A stretch of 63,848 nucleotides of DNA, the filler included, from Licmophora abbreviata (Eukaryota), in assembly GCA_900291995.1 (NCBI GenBank). It is 8 parts of 8 records of this genome, joined end to end, with 100 filler letters (N's around TTAATTAATTAA, not from the genome) between each part and the next. Parts side by side here need not be neighbours in the genome. Positions count along the whole stretch, not along the records: positions 28,778 to 42,164 come from OLMU01002697.1; positions 42,265 to 48,713 come from OLMU01002698.1; positions 48,814 to 50,105 come from OLMU01002699.1; 5 more parts are not named here. One strand, written 5' to 3'. This document shows positions 38,368 through 50,205 of the stretch, piece by piece (the first letter of the stretch is position 1; every line of letters begins with the position of its first letter). Below the pieces are notes generated by a model that was given only the letters and a program-made list of their open reading frames with translations, made no database searches and was not told where the DNA came from. The position numbers were made by a program, and so were the translations under genes.

Positions 38368-39319
38368 TCTCGGAAAATGCATCCAGTATGAGCTCATTAG
38401 GGAAACAGCTGATGTCAGTTCTGAGAAGCTGCTAGATGGCGACACGGCGTAGTCGCAGAATAGCTAGTGCCGCTTGTCAGGTCCACTTCCACGAAACCAT
38501 ATGCTCGATATCTAGCGGGAATTTTAAAAAAGTCAATAGCCATGAGTTACAGTACAAGTCTTGTCTTCGGAGCGGGTCCTCGGAGCATCAAAACCATGAA
38601 CAATCTGCAAAGCTCGTGTGCCAATCTTCATGTCGTCGCTCGCAATTGGACATCTGGAGACGTCATCCTTAATGACGACTGCGGAATCGTGGACAGCCTC
38701 TTCTGAAATAGCCTAATCTTTCGAAGGCGGGACTTAGCAATGGATCCACGGGAGAGAGTGCGTTATCCCCCACAATCGACACTATAAGGCTTATGTTGGA
38801 ATTCCTCCCCTCTAGTGGACGCAAAGTTAGTCACAAGGAACGAGGTCGTGAACAACGAGGTCGTGAACGTCGCTCCTAGCTGTGCGCTCATAATCTCTTT
38901 GGGTTTGTCATGATGAAAGGGTAAATGAGAAGAATGCGTTTCGTAGGAAAAAAGTTGAAAGTCATGTGCCATCATCGTGGTCAATCGTCTCAAACAAGCC
39001 AAGAGAGTCGATTCCCATGAAGGCGACTCACTTATAAGCGTGACTGAAAAGTATCGAAGCACGACTGGAAGTTAGGCTGTTCTGCATTCCGAATTCAGTA
39101 TGCATTCAGTAGAGCCAATTTGAGGGTATGCTTTCCTCAGATAGGTAGTATGTATAACGCAACGGTCCATAGCGATGACGCATTTTCAACTTGCGCGCGG
39201 AAGTTTCACATTCCAAACAGCACGACAACACGACGCATCACATCATTGATGGATGGAGCTGATCAGCAACCGGCGCTTTCGTACTTGTTGTACATTCGTC
39301 AAACGAGACAACCACTGCT

Positions 39320-40846
39320 ATGCGCTGTCGACTCTCCGTTGCCTTGCTGATACATTTGTGCAGTCTGGTGCTCGGCTTGGACAATGATTACAGATATCTA
39401 TCGCGAGCTGTAGCAGAACAGTCTTCCGTCGTGCTGTCCACTGCCTTGGGTTCGAGTCAGACACGTGATCAGGGCTACAAGAAGGGCAAGTTTCATTTGA
39501 ATGTCCGCAATCTTACATCTATTGGTCGGATCGATCCCGAAAGACTGATCGCCAACGTCCAAACGAAATGTACATTCTCTCAGCTCGTACAAGTCACATT
39601 ACTGTGGGGTCTCATTCCACGCGTCGTGCCCGAGTTCACGAGCATCACCGTCGGCGGCGCAATGGTGGGAGGAGGACTCGAAAGCACATCCCACCGATAT
39701 GGGCAAGTCAGTGATGTTGTTCAACGCGCTACAGTCCTACTGGGAAATGGTACTCTTGTCAACGCAACTGCGACGAGCCACAAGGATCTGTTTCATGCGT
39801 TGCCCGGATCGTACGGTAGCCTTGGTGTCGTATTGGAGATCGACATTGAACTGATGCGAGCGCAGCCATACGTCGAACTTTCTACGCGCATGTATGCGTC
39901 GATATCAGAAGGAATGGATGCACTGATTGCTATTGCTGATGACCGAGACGCTAGTCCAGTGTTTCTCGAAGCCCTTCAGTTCCCCGATGGCCGTTTTGTC
40001 ATAGTATTGGGCGAATGGAAGAATCAACTGGAAGAAAGTGATACACTCATTCATCCAACAACTGGTCGAGGCCTTTGGTTCTACGAACACATACAAGATG
40101 TTACGAGTAGCCAATCTCAAGGAGAAAACTGTGATAACGAGTGCACAACTTCATCGAAACTTGTGCTGGAGACTTACGACTATCTGTTTCGATATGAACG
40201 AGGTGCATTCTGGATGGCGCGACCCATGGAATTCGACTGGAGTTATTGTCGACGGAATGTCTTCACCTTTGGGTTGTTCTTTGCCTCTTGGCGAAAAGTA
40301 CGTTGGCTTTTTTCAGATCTCTTCTCAGCCACTCGATTGTACAACATGCTACATCTCGCCGATCCGACCGTCTCAGCGGAACGAATGGTGGTAATGGATT
40401 CCGATCTTCCTTCTGTCAACGCCTCAAGTCTCGTTCGCTTCATTCGAGATAGAGTACCCATTTCCACCCCTATTTGGTTGCTCCCCGTGCGCGCACCCGC
40501 CGAGCCACAGCCCGCTTCAAATACTGGACACGCACTCCCTGGCGAGCTCGTCATCAATGTCGGGATATACGGTCGTGTCCCCGACGGCAATGGCCAAGCC
40601 TATGCACGACAACTGACGGAGAAGGTTATGACTCTCGGTGGCCGCAACATGATGTATTCGCAACTTGAGATGTCGCGAGAGGAATTCTACAGACACCAGA
40701 TTGACAAGCCTACATTTGAGGCAATACGTATCGCATACGGTGCCAATGACGTTTTTCCGCCAGTTGAAGAAAAAGTGTTGCGATCCACACAGGATTCGAC
40801 TAGTGCTGGTGGAATTCGCTATCGCCTAACCCAACTCTTACTATAG
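39320..40846 (+). CDS. FAD-binding delta24-sterol reductase (DHCR24)-like oxidoreductase
   Basis: VVPEFTSITVGGAMVGGGLESTSHRYG, DLFHALPGSYGSLG, DYLFRYERGAFW; N-terminal signal. Confidence 0.8.
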   Translation: MRCRLSVALLIHLCSLVLGLDNDYRYLSRAVAEQSSVVLSTALGSSQTRDQGYKKGKFHLNVRNLTSIGRIDPERLIANVQTKCTFSQLVQVTLLWGLIPRVVPEFTSITVGGAMVGGGLESTSHRYGQVSDVVQRATVLLGNGTLVNATATSHKDLFHALPGSYGSLGVVLEIDIELMRAQPYVELSTRMYASISEGMDALIAIADDRDASPVFLEALQFPDGRFVIVLGEWKNQLEESDTLIHPTTGRGLWFYEHIQDVTSSQSQGENCDNECTTSSKLVLETYDYLFRYERGAFWMARPMEFDWSYCRRNVFTFGLFFASWRKVRWLFSDLFSATRLYNMLHLADPTVSAERMVVMDSDLPSVNASSLVRFIRDRVPISTPIWLLPVRAPAEPQPASNTGHALPGELVINVGIYGRVPDGNGQAYARQLTEKVMTLGGRNMMYSQLEMSREEFYRHQIDKPTFEAIRIAYGANDVFPPVEEKVLRSTQDSTSAGGIRYRLTQLLL

Positions 40847-40930
40847 GGAGAACTCTGAAGACAGCTATGACTTGGGCATCGAATGGGTAAGATCTTTTGG
40901 ATATTTCTAAAAGTCTTGTCTATAGTTCTG

Positions 40931-43900
40931 TTATGAAGAAGCGTGAAATCCACCCGAAATAATCGTTGCGGTCGAGGCAACGAACAAAGCTAATAGCATA
41001 GACCGATTTCGCTTCGACTCTCCCCCCAATAGCTTCTCTTCCAGGGCACCAGCATCCTGGTCGTCTCCTTCCTGAAAAGAGTGCGCCGACTTCTCTCGCT
41101 TCCACGGGCTTGTCAATATCCATTGGGCGGCGAAGCATGACCCAAGATCGATTAGAAGGAATGCCAAGAACGCCAGTTGATCTCCACGAGATTGCATAGG
41201 CCGAAGCTCCAACATCCGGTTGAGGGCCGGGAAAATCTCAGCAATGCACGAGATCGAAAAAACGAAAGATGCGGCTATCGACAGACATAGCTCCCTGCTT
41301 TCCATTATGCTTCCGTAGAATGGTTTCCCGATGTGTGTCATGATTGCCGAGACAGCATTCTGAAATATAGACATGACGAGGACCAAGTTGGTGGTGTAGT
41401 TCGGTTTGAAGGGAGGTCGACCAAGTAAGGTTAAAACGCTGCGTTTTCTCTTTTGTGTAGGATCCCGGGAAGCTACATTTCGAACAAGAGCCTCTGAGAG
41501 AATAGTGAACGGATTGCGAGGTCCGTTGATGCTTCTGGGGGTCATACGAATCAAGGTCTTCCTCTCGGGAGACGAGTACAGCCTCTCAAGCTCATTTGCG
41601 GCCTTTACACCTCCATTGAGAGTGACCAGATGAATGAAGGCTTGAGACAAGACGGACATGACACCCTCAGCTCGAAAAAGCGATTCACTCGGACGGGAGC
41701 GAGCCAGTAAAGGTCGAGGCGAGCATGAGGCGCGATATCCAGCCTGGCTGATGCTCGTGTAAAAGAACAACTCGACGTTCCACATCAGCTTGCCGTATCG
41801 AAATCCGTCTCTATAGAGCGTCGCCAAATTGTAGCACGACATCAAACAATTTAACGCAATGGTCTGCTGAACTGAGAGCGAACAGGCTGCAGCCGCGATC
41901 CCTGTACGCAGCAGAGCGTCGACTCCGGCAATTGACGGTCGCAAGCATGAGAAGGAAGCAGCTAGCGAGGCTTCGCCTGGCTTTATCGCAGACGTTGTCG
42001 TGAACGATTCAACCGAGGCTCGATCGCCAGGACTGCTATTTGACCGTTCACCTCGCATCTTGTCTTCGTCCGCGAGGACACGTGCAGCCGCAGCACCTCC
42101 TCTTCGAAGGAGTTTTGCACGCACTCGCTCATTCTTGAAAGCGTGCCATGCTGCGACGGCACAANNNNNNNNNNNNNNNNNNNNNNNNNNNNNNNNNNNN
42201 NNNNNNNNTTAATTAATTAANNNNNNNNNNNNNNNNNNNNNNNNNNNNNNNNNNNNNNNNNNNNTCCTTCATGTCTGCCCCGGTGTAGCAAGGCTGGTCA
42301 TCACCAAGACCTCTCTCCTTCCCCCGCAAAATTGCGCGCCCTTGTATCTGTTGAATAGACTCCTCAAGGTCAGTTTTGATTCGAATTGAAACGGCCGCAG
42401 ACGAACCACCCAGACCCTGTTTTTCGTCAAACGTCTCTTGCTGAGAAGTTCCGCTCTTGATGCTCCTCTTCGTGAGTTGATCCAGCCTCCTCTCATTTTC
42501 TGCATCATAACTCAACTGTTCCTCCCCGTAGCCGCTGAGCAAAGCGACGGCGACGTCAGCTGTTTTCATTGCGGCGACGTCATTGACTCCGTCGCCTGCT
42601 GAATGAAAGTGGTGCAATGGTCAGCCCCAAGTCAAAAAGTAATCACCGGGTAGGTCTCATCGTGAACAATACCAAACTTACCGCACATCAGGACATTTTT
42701 ACAGCCGAGTCGCTGTATGCCCAAAACGAATTCCTGCTTTTGTCTAGGGGAAGCCCGTGCGACAATGTCGATCTCGTTCAGATGCTCTCGAAGAATATCC
42801 AAGATATTAGACGAAGCGTCGCCCAGCATCATTTCCACGGCGTCACCGGTTGCGATAAGACTTCGTTCGCCACTGATGACGCCTTCAAGGAGCAAAGTTA
42901 CCGTCTTCGACGAAAGTTGTCGTTCCTTCGCCTCCAGACTTAGATAGCCATCACTTTGTTGCTTTCGACCAACACGCAACGTGCGGCAAACAATCTGCTC
43001 AGCGTAGACATCTAGCACCTCCACGCGAGTCGATCGTACGAGACCAGAATTCTGAGCTACAGAGATGGCTGCATTTATGCCATCGCCTGTTAACATAGAC
43101 ACCTTTAGTCCTGCAGCTTTCAGTCCCGTGATAACCCTTTTCGTGCTGGGGCGGACAGCAGCCTCAAAGCATGCTATTCCGACGATCTCAAAAGATGCCC
43201 CGGGTGTCATATCATCTGTTTCGATATCGTCTCGACGAACGAAGTCGCAATTAGCGCGAGTTGTCTGTACGAGCTGTTTTGCCGAATTGCCATCATCGGG
43301 TAGCCACGGGGTCAAACCATTTGGGAAAATTCTAGCCATTGTTTCAAAATCGTCTGTCAGATCTGCGGCAGCCATGGCAATCGTCCTTACACCATTGGCT
43401 TCTAGCGAGTCCACCTGGTCTTGAACGGCATGCTCTGAATCATCGCCAAAGGGTACAAGCCGTAACAGTGTGTCGGGAGATCCCTTCATGACTTTCCAGA
43501 TCCTGACGCGGGAATCATTGTGCAGTACGAGAATTAAAGGCCGAAGATGTTCGCCTGTTGGAATCAAAGGGAAACGTCTTGATCTGCCACAGTTTAATCG
43601 GTCTGTCACCGTCGCATTCTAAGGCGCTACCTTCAGCGACAAAAGCATCTTGCTTCTCGTCATACGCCCATCCAGAGTAGGCAAGGGAGGCGCTGTCCAA
43701 GGGATCACCGACAAGTCGAGTCCTAGTCTCTCCATGTTCTCCCCCAAGACTGACGAGCGAATGACAGCCAGCTAAAATGGCGTTGGTCATCGGACTGGCC
43801 GCGGTGCTACCAGCGGGCGGTACAATACACGAAAGAGATTGTGTGTCGGCAGTGAGGGTGCCAGTTTTGTCGAAGATGACTTTGTCAACATGCGCTGCTG

Positions 43901-46055
43901 TTAAAAGCGAGCCTGGTTCGGTGCACGCTACGTCGGCACTTTCCCGCAACAACGTTGTACATGTGTGAGCGATAGATGACAAAGCAAGAGGAAGGTCGGA
44001 GGGAACTGCGGCGACAATGATGCGAGTGCATTGAATAACACGCCGGAAGGAAGTTACCCCCTCGGAAGATTGGCTGCCCCGGAGAACAGAGGCGCAAGCA
44101 GCGATGGCAAAAATAGAAAGGCTGAAAATGAGACGAACCGCATCTTTCTCACTCTGTGGACTTGATATGGCACCAACATGTCCATTGTTTCTTGACAGGG
44201 CACGTAGCAAGTCCCCTCGAGACGAGTAAGCGCCTGTCCGAAGGGCTAGTAGCATGACCCGTTTTCTCCCGAGAGCAGCTGCTGCCTTCTTCGATAACGA
44301 TGGGTATAATCCGTCGTAACCCATCTCCTGTCCATGAGCCATGGCGCAGTAAAGAAGAGATGTACCGGCAAAGAGCACGGAGCTTCGATGACTGCCCAAC
44401 AGATCCAATGGTCCCGCTGCCTTTTCATCCTCCAAATTCAACGGGAGTTTGGCTTGCGGTACGCTTTCCCCCGTCAGTACCGCTTCGTTCATAACACAAT
44501 TTCCTTCTAATAACAGCGCATCTACCGGCATGGTTACATCTTCATCGCTCGAACTTAAAACAAAGACATCGCCAGGGAGCAGATCGATCGCCGTGAGCTT
44601 CTTCCATCTGACACCCCCTTTCTTCGCGCGGGGGCGCAATGCCCAGACGGGCATCGATCCCGAGTCTTCAACGTTCCCCTTGACTTCCTTGGCTAATTCT
44701 CTGGCGGAGACGATGCTCTGTCGAGCACTCCAGTGGTGATGTAGCAGCGTACTGACTAGACCAAACAAGGACGCGACAAGGTTTTCCTCTAGTGCAGTCA
44801 AGAGGCGACCGAGCAACTGCAAAACTGCGAGGGGAGACGATAAGCGATTACAAAAAGCAGAGCGGATTGTAGGTTCTGGTAACGACAGATTCGAATAAGA
44901 CCGATATCGTTCCTGTGCCAATCTCAGACGACTCTGTTTTGAGAGCCCCTCGTGTGCATGGGTCGACAGTAGCTCCCTTATCGCCACAGTGGAATGTAAC
45001 TTTGGTCCGCCATCCAAGCATCTCGGATTGGACTGGGTCACATCACAGTATATCCGTCGATGATTCAAGTCAAAGTAGAAGGGTCGAGGATGAGCCTGCG
45101 ACGGTGAACTATGCAGAGGCCGTATTGAATGCGGTCGCCCGTCACTCTCAAAGTCTCGCTGCTCACGAGGTATCTTGACCAGAACCGAGATACCAGAGTC
45201 AGCCAAGTCCTTGCGCAACTCAGATGCCAGGAGACTCTTTCCATTGTCATCAAAAGGTTTGATTCGTCGATAGTTTAAAAAGACGTCGACATGCGTGAAC
45301 CATCGCGGGAGTAGAATCGAAAGCGTTACCCACATCAACAGCGACGTGACCAACGACAGCAGAGGACCCGAGGAGGGCAGGAACCGCGGGGGAAGCATAT
45401 TCCGAGAGGCATCGGCTAAGTAGCCAGCGATCGTTTCGTCAAGCGGGGTAAGATTCACCGTCGACGGCAAACTCGCCGTGTCGCCATGCAGAGTGGCCCA
45501 TACGGCAGAGGCATACGGAAGCCCTGCAGTTCGAATGCAGGAGAGGACTGCTGCCGTCGCCGCCACCGTCGAAGCGAAGCGAATAATGCGCGTCAGACTC
45601 AAGCGATGAGCAATCAGAATGTAATCCACGACAGGGAGCGGTGTCTCGGGATCGTCGCCCGACAAAGACTCCGATTCAATGTGTGCGGCTGTGTCTTCTC
45701 CATCAGTTCTTGTGCGACTGACACGACGGGGTTTCCTTCGCTTGCGCGAGTCTGGGGTCCTTATGCTACCTCCACGCAAGGCGACCACTTTTCTACCGAC
45801 CAAAGGTATACTTTTGGACGGATTTATGAGCCCGGATGCGCTTGCTGATGCCATGAAATGACAAGATATCAGCAGTATCCATTTGGGGTTCCTGGACACT
45901 ATCCGCCTCATCACAGTGTACCCTCGTCTCCGTCCTTTTGGTTCATCGGAGGGTTCCTGTTGACTGATCGAGTCAGTTTGTCTTCTGGTCAGTGGATCCA
46001 ACCGCGAGACATCTCCCTGCCCAGCGCTTTTCTCCGGTCGCACTATCGGCATCAC
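40931..46055 (-). CDS. P5A-type P-type ATPase (Spf1/ATP13A1-like); interrupted by a frameshift, an intron and an assembly gap
   Basis: NEAVLTGESVP, PSDLPLAL, FDKTGTLT, KGSPD, MLTGDG, ARASPRQK, GDGVNDVAAMKTAD, GEASLAASF, HIGKPF. Confidence 0.88.
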
Positions 46056-46441
46056 GTCATGAACGCAACACGCGATGAAAGGAGACGAGGCCCGCGGCGT
46101 CTGGCGGTCTCGTGTCTCGTCGTCCCACTTTCAGGTTAGACGGCTAGGAATCTGAGTAGACGCGGCGCTTGGACGAGGAAAAGCGCCACGTGTAATAAGG
46201 ATGAACACTGTCATACGAAGCAAGTACAGAGAGCTCTGATGATCAGCTTTCAACCTGCATGACTGTGGCCGCACTGATGGCTGAACACATTGAAAAGAAT
46301 AAGAATCGCTAAAGACAATAATGCACGTACACACTATAGCGCCCCGACACGAGAGTGCAACAGAAATGGGAGACCCAAGCAATAACTGCTCCCCGATCAT
46401 ACTAGTATATATATATCTCGATCGCCATGAACAGTGCAAGC

Positions 46442-47222
46442 TTAGTTATTGGCTTCCCGCACGGCAATGTTACGACCCCGCACTTCCTTTCCATCCAACA
46501 GTTCCATTGCTTTCTCTCCATCCTTCGCAGTTCGCATGGTGATGAATCCAAATCCACGATTCCTACCGTCATCGTCTCTAACCAAGGAAACGTCACCGAC
46601 ATCACCGGCTTCCTTAAATATCTCCAGTAAATCATCTTCATTGCATTCAAAGGCAATATTTCCGACGTAAAGTTTGAGATCCCCGACAAAGTTGGGTGAT
46701 TTTCCTTCCTCAATGTTGAGCGCAATTCGAGACAAGTCACCTTCTGGGAGAGGCACCATTTCAAATCCATCCTTGATGTTCATGAGACGATCGCGAGACT
46801 GAAACCAAGAATGGCCACATACATTACATTCCAAACGGCTGTGGAGCAAGTTTTAGGATGAGAGTGGCACAAAAGGTGAGACGAGGGACCATATAAGCCT
46901 ATCGTTGCGGTACCACAACTCGCCACGACAGTACAGATGTAGTGGACACATACCACCCCTTGCCTCGGCCCCCCAAGTCGTCTTCGGTAATAGCATAGAT
47001 TGCATGACACCTTCCGCAACGAACATAGGATTCTGGAAGCTCCAGAGATTCACCGTAGTCCTTCTGCTTGCTTGCAGCTGCCTGAGGCGGCGGCCTTTTG
47101 TCCGCCAGGAAGAGTGCCGACGACGGTCGACGGGAAACGGGAGAGGTCGCGAAAGATGCTACTGTGCTCGCGGACAGCAGAGCGACCGCCACTAGCATGC
47201 AGAGAGCTGTCAAGTACTTCAT
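46442..47222 (-). CDS. Plastid-targeted zinc-ribbon + RRM RNA-binding protein
   Basis: Signal ending VASF; CGRC...CNVCGHSW ribbon across intron 46839-46953; RNP2 LYVGNI and RNP1 RGFGFITM. Confidence 0.85.
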
Positions 47223-47417
47223 TGTAACGCGTGGGAGCAATGGATCAAAACAAAGAGCTCTCGGCGCTGATGCTATCGAAGAACAACAACAACAACAGCG
47301 TTGAGTGTGATTCTTAAGTTGACAAGGATGAACGCACGCGTGTGCTTCCGGCGCGCTGTTTGTGTGGCTCCGAGCCGATCGCACAAGAGACAGACTCACT
47401 TATGGAGTACGTACGTC

Positions 47418-47443
47418 ACTCATGACTCATGTGAGTCATGAGT
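47418..47443. promoter_or_regulatory. Inverted repeat with two AP-1/GCN4-like TGA(C/G)TCA sites in a divergent promoter
   Basis: ACTCATGACTCA-TG-TGAGTCATGAGT, perfect 12-bp arms. Confidence 0.5.
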
Positions 47444-47558
47444 CTTGCTGCCAAATTGCAATCTGATGAACTCGCATTGCATCGCGGCCCGCGTCGTCCA
47501 ATCTTTTTGCACAGCGCACCATGGCACTTCCTCCCTTTTTTGTACAGTTTCCTTCACC

Positions 47559-48347
47559 ATGAGCAATTCCTCTCCTTCCAATGACCCGACACTGATCAGT
47601 AGCTCATCGTCGGGACAACCGCACTACTGGAGATTCTCAGACGTCGGTCGCGTCGGAGAAGTCTCACGTGACCAAAGTCCCAATGCCACAGACGAGGTCT
47701 TTAACAGTGCCTCTCACTTGGTCGCCGCCTGTTTGAGCCTGCTCGGGACGGTCCTGTTGATTGCCAAGAGCTCGGCTCAAGGAGCGCCTTGGAAGATCTT
47801 CTCCTTCAGTCTGTACGGTGCGTCATTGATTTTTCTCTTTGGCTGCAGCACACTGCATCATTCGATTGCGTCGTCTCCCAACATTGAAGCCAAGTTGCGC
47901 ATGATGGACTACTTGGCCATCTATCCCCTGATTGCGGGGACATTTACACCCCTGTGCTTGGTATTCTATCACGATTCCGTCATTGGATGGTCCTTTCTTA
48001 GTGTCGTCTGGTTTTTGGCCGTCGTTGGTATGGTCGCGACCGTCCGGTTGTCACACAAACTGCCCAAGTGGCTCACCATGACAATGTATGTTACACTGGG
48101 ATGGCTAGGGGCCTGCATGAGCTATTGGTTAAGTTTCGCGTTGGGCTTCGCCGGTATGGTCCTGTTTGTCTTCGGCGGTATCGTGTACACGGTGGGTGGC
48201 TATGTCTACACGACTGAGCATCCGAATCCGATGCCCGGCACCTTTGGCTTTCACGAAATTTGGCATGTCTTTGTCATGGTGGCGGCCGCTCTTCACTGGT
48301 GTCTCATGTACTTTTATGTATTGCCATGGAATGCTGCGGTACGATGA
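47559..48347 (+). CDS. Hemolysin III / PAQR family membrane protein
   Basis: DEVFNSASH, STLHH, DYLAIYPLIAGTFTP, GFHEIWHVFV; 7 TM. Confidence 0.92.
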   Translation: MSNSSPSNDPTLISSSSSGQPHYWRFSDVGRVGEVSRDQSPNATDEVFNSASHLVAACLSLLGTVLLIAKSSAQGAPWKIFSFSLYGASLIFLFGCSTLHHSIASSPNIEAKLRMMDYLAIYPLIAGTFTPLCLVFYHDSVIGWSFLSVVWFLAVVGMVATVRLSHKLPKWLTMTMYVTLGWLGACMSYWLSFALGFAGMVLFVFGGIVYTVGGYVYTTEHPNPMPGTFGFHEIWHVFVMVAAALHWCLMYFYVLPWNAAVR

Positions 48348-48624
48348 TGGGAAAGGACCCTTAGTGTTTTCAGTATGGTCGACTCCCAGCATCGCTTTCG
48401 ACTAGCAGACGGAACGGCGTTATTCCTATGTTTAATTGTGATGCGGTTCTATCTTATTGTTTTAGACGTATCAAGCATACGTAGTCTACCTTCGATCGGA
48501 TCGTCCTTTATGGAGTCACAGTCGCGACTGATGATGATGTTCTGACTTTTGAGCATATAGTCTAGCGCAACATCTCTCGTCACCCTGCATCTCAAGTAGG
48601 GCGGCCGGCGTGCAGACACAAAAT

Positions 48625-48897
48625 CACACGCGTCCCTTTCACAACATCATCTGTTCCCCACACGACGACGAACATGGCGATCAGCCGCCGCTGATAAGAG
48701 CCCCTCCTTGAACNNNNNNNNNNNNNNNNNNNNNNNNNNNNNNNNNNNNNNNNNNNNTTAATTAATTAANNNNNNNNNNNNNNNNNNNNNNNNNNNNNNN
48801 NNNNNNNNNNNNNCACACGCGTCCCTTTCACAACATCATCCCCACACGACGACGAACATGGCGATCAGCCGCCGCTGATAAGAGCCCCTCCTTGAAC
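48625..48897 (+). repeat. 84-89 bp direct duplication flanking a gap (probable allelic contig overlap)
   Basis: 48625-48713 equals 48814-48897 except for a 5-nt CTGTT indel. Confidence 0.9.
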
Positions 48898-48914
48898 TCG
48901 GATACAGCGTCACT

Positions 48915-49991
48915 ATGTCTTCGTTAGCAGCGACACAGGCGGATGGCTACTATGTACCACCCGAGTACTACGAGAGCGGCCAATACAAGCACAAGAGCAA
49001 GAATCAGTTCGCTGGCAGCAAGGGTCACAATCAGTACCTGCAAAAGGGATTGGTGCGATTCGAACTTCCCTACGATGGCTTTTGTATGAAATGTGGCGAA
49101 CACGTGGGCAAAGGGACGCGTTTCAATGCCCATAAGAAGGAAGCGGGAAACTACTTTTCGACGAAAATCTGGGAGTTCCGAATGAAGTGTCGTGTCTGCG
49201 GTATATGTGAGTTTGTCATTCGTACAAACCCCAAGGAACGAGGTTTTGACTATGTCACAGGTATACACAAGCAGGTCCAAGAGTTTAATACGAAAGACGC
49301 AGGAACGGCTGGCTTTATTGATACAGAATACGGAAACAAACTCGTCACCGAAGGGAGTACAAGCGGGGAGGTTCAGTCGGCACTGTCAAACTTGGAGACG
49401 GTGGCGTCAGGGCACCGCAAAGCTTTGACGGAACGGGATGAACTTCAGAAGCTTATGAAGGACAATGCCAAGACAAAGTTTGATGATGCAGGGTCCAACG
49501 CTGCGATTCGAGCCAACTTTCGGGTCGAGCGCCGCGGTCGGAAGCGGCGTCTGAAGGAGGCGACTGCAAGGGGGTGGAGGGCCGGAATGGAACTTGCTGA
49601 TTCAACACAAGACGACCTTGTGACAGCCCGGTCCATGACGTTTCGACATGGAAAACAAGTCGAGACAGAGAGCTTTCGTAAGCTGAGATCGTCGTCGATC
49701 TTTGCCAGCGGCAACAACATGTGGAAGAAGGATTCGCGGCGGCGCTCACGTCGAAAGGATCAACCTCCACAACCCGATCCTATTTCGTCGTTGTCTTCGG
49801 ACGTTGTTGCCAAGTCCGAAACCTTCGAAAACCCCGTGCCGGTAGTGCGAGCGCGGAGGAGAATACGGGTTGCACCCAGAGGGTCGTCTGTCTTGCAGGT
49901 GTCGAGGGTCGTGGCGCCTTCCGAGACTGGAAAGGAGGAGACTTCTTCTCTTGTTGCCCTTGCAGACTACGACTCTGACGATGATTCATAG
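48915..49991 (+). CDS. CCDC130: CCDC130/YJU2B (Cwc16 family) splicing factor
   Basis: YYVPPEY, VRFELPYDGFCMKCGEHVGKGTRFNAHK, YFSTKIWEFRMKCRVC. Confidence 0.9.
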   Translation: MSSLAATQADGYYVPPEYYESGQYKHKSKNQFAGSKGHNQYLQKGLVRFELPYDGFCMKCGEHVGKGTRFNAHKKEAGNYFSTKIWEFRMKCRVCGICEFVIRTNPKERGFDYVTGIHKQVQEFNTKDAGTAGFIDTEYGNKLVTEGSTSGEVQSALSNLETVASGHRKALTERDELQKLMKDNAKTKFDDAGSNAAIRANFRVERRGRKRRLKEATARGWRAGMELADSTQDDLVTARSMTFRHGKQVETESFRKLRSSSIFASGNNMWKKDSRRRSRRKDQPPQPDPISSLSSDVVAKSETFENPVPVVRARRRIRVAPRGSSVLQVSRVVAPSETGKEETSSLVALADYDSDDDS

Positions 49992-50205
49992 AAAACTTCC
50001 TAGGGAGACCTACCGAATTTATTAAGATGATTCATGTAGGCTTCTTCTCCTCAGTATCTGCCTGACTGTTGGTCCGAGGTCGATGGCGAGCCGTCGGAGA
50101 TCGTGNNNNNNNNNNNNNNNNNNNNNNNNNNNNNNNNNNNNNNNNNNNNTTAATTAATTAANNNNNNNNNNNNNNNNNNNNNNNNNNNNNNNNNNNNNNN
50201 NNNNN

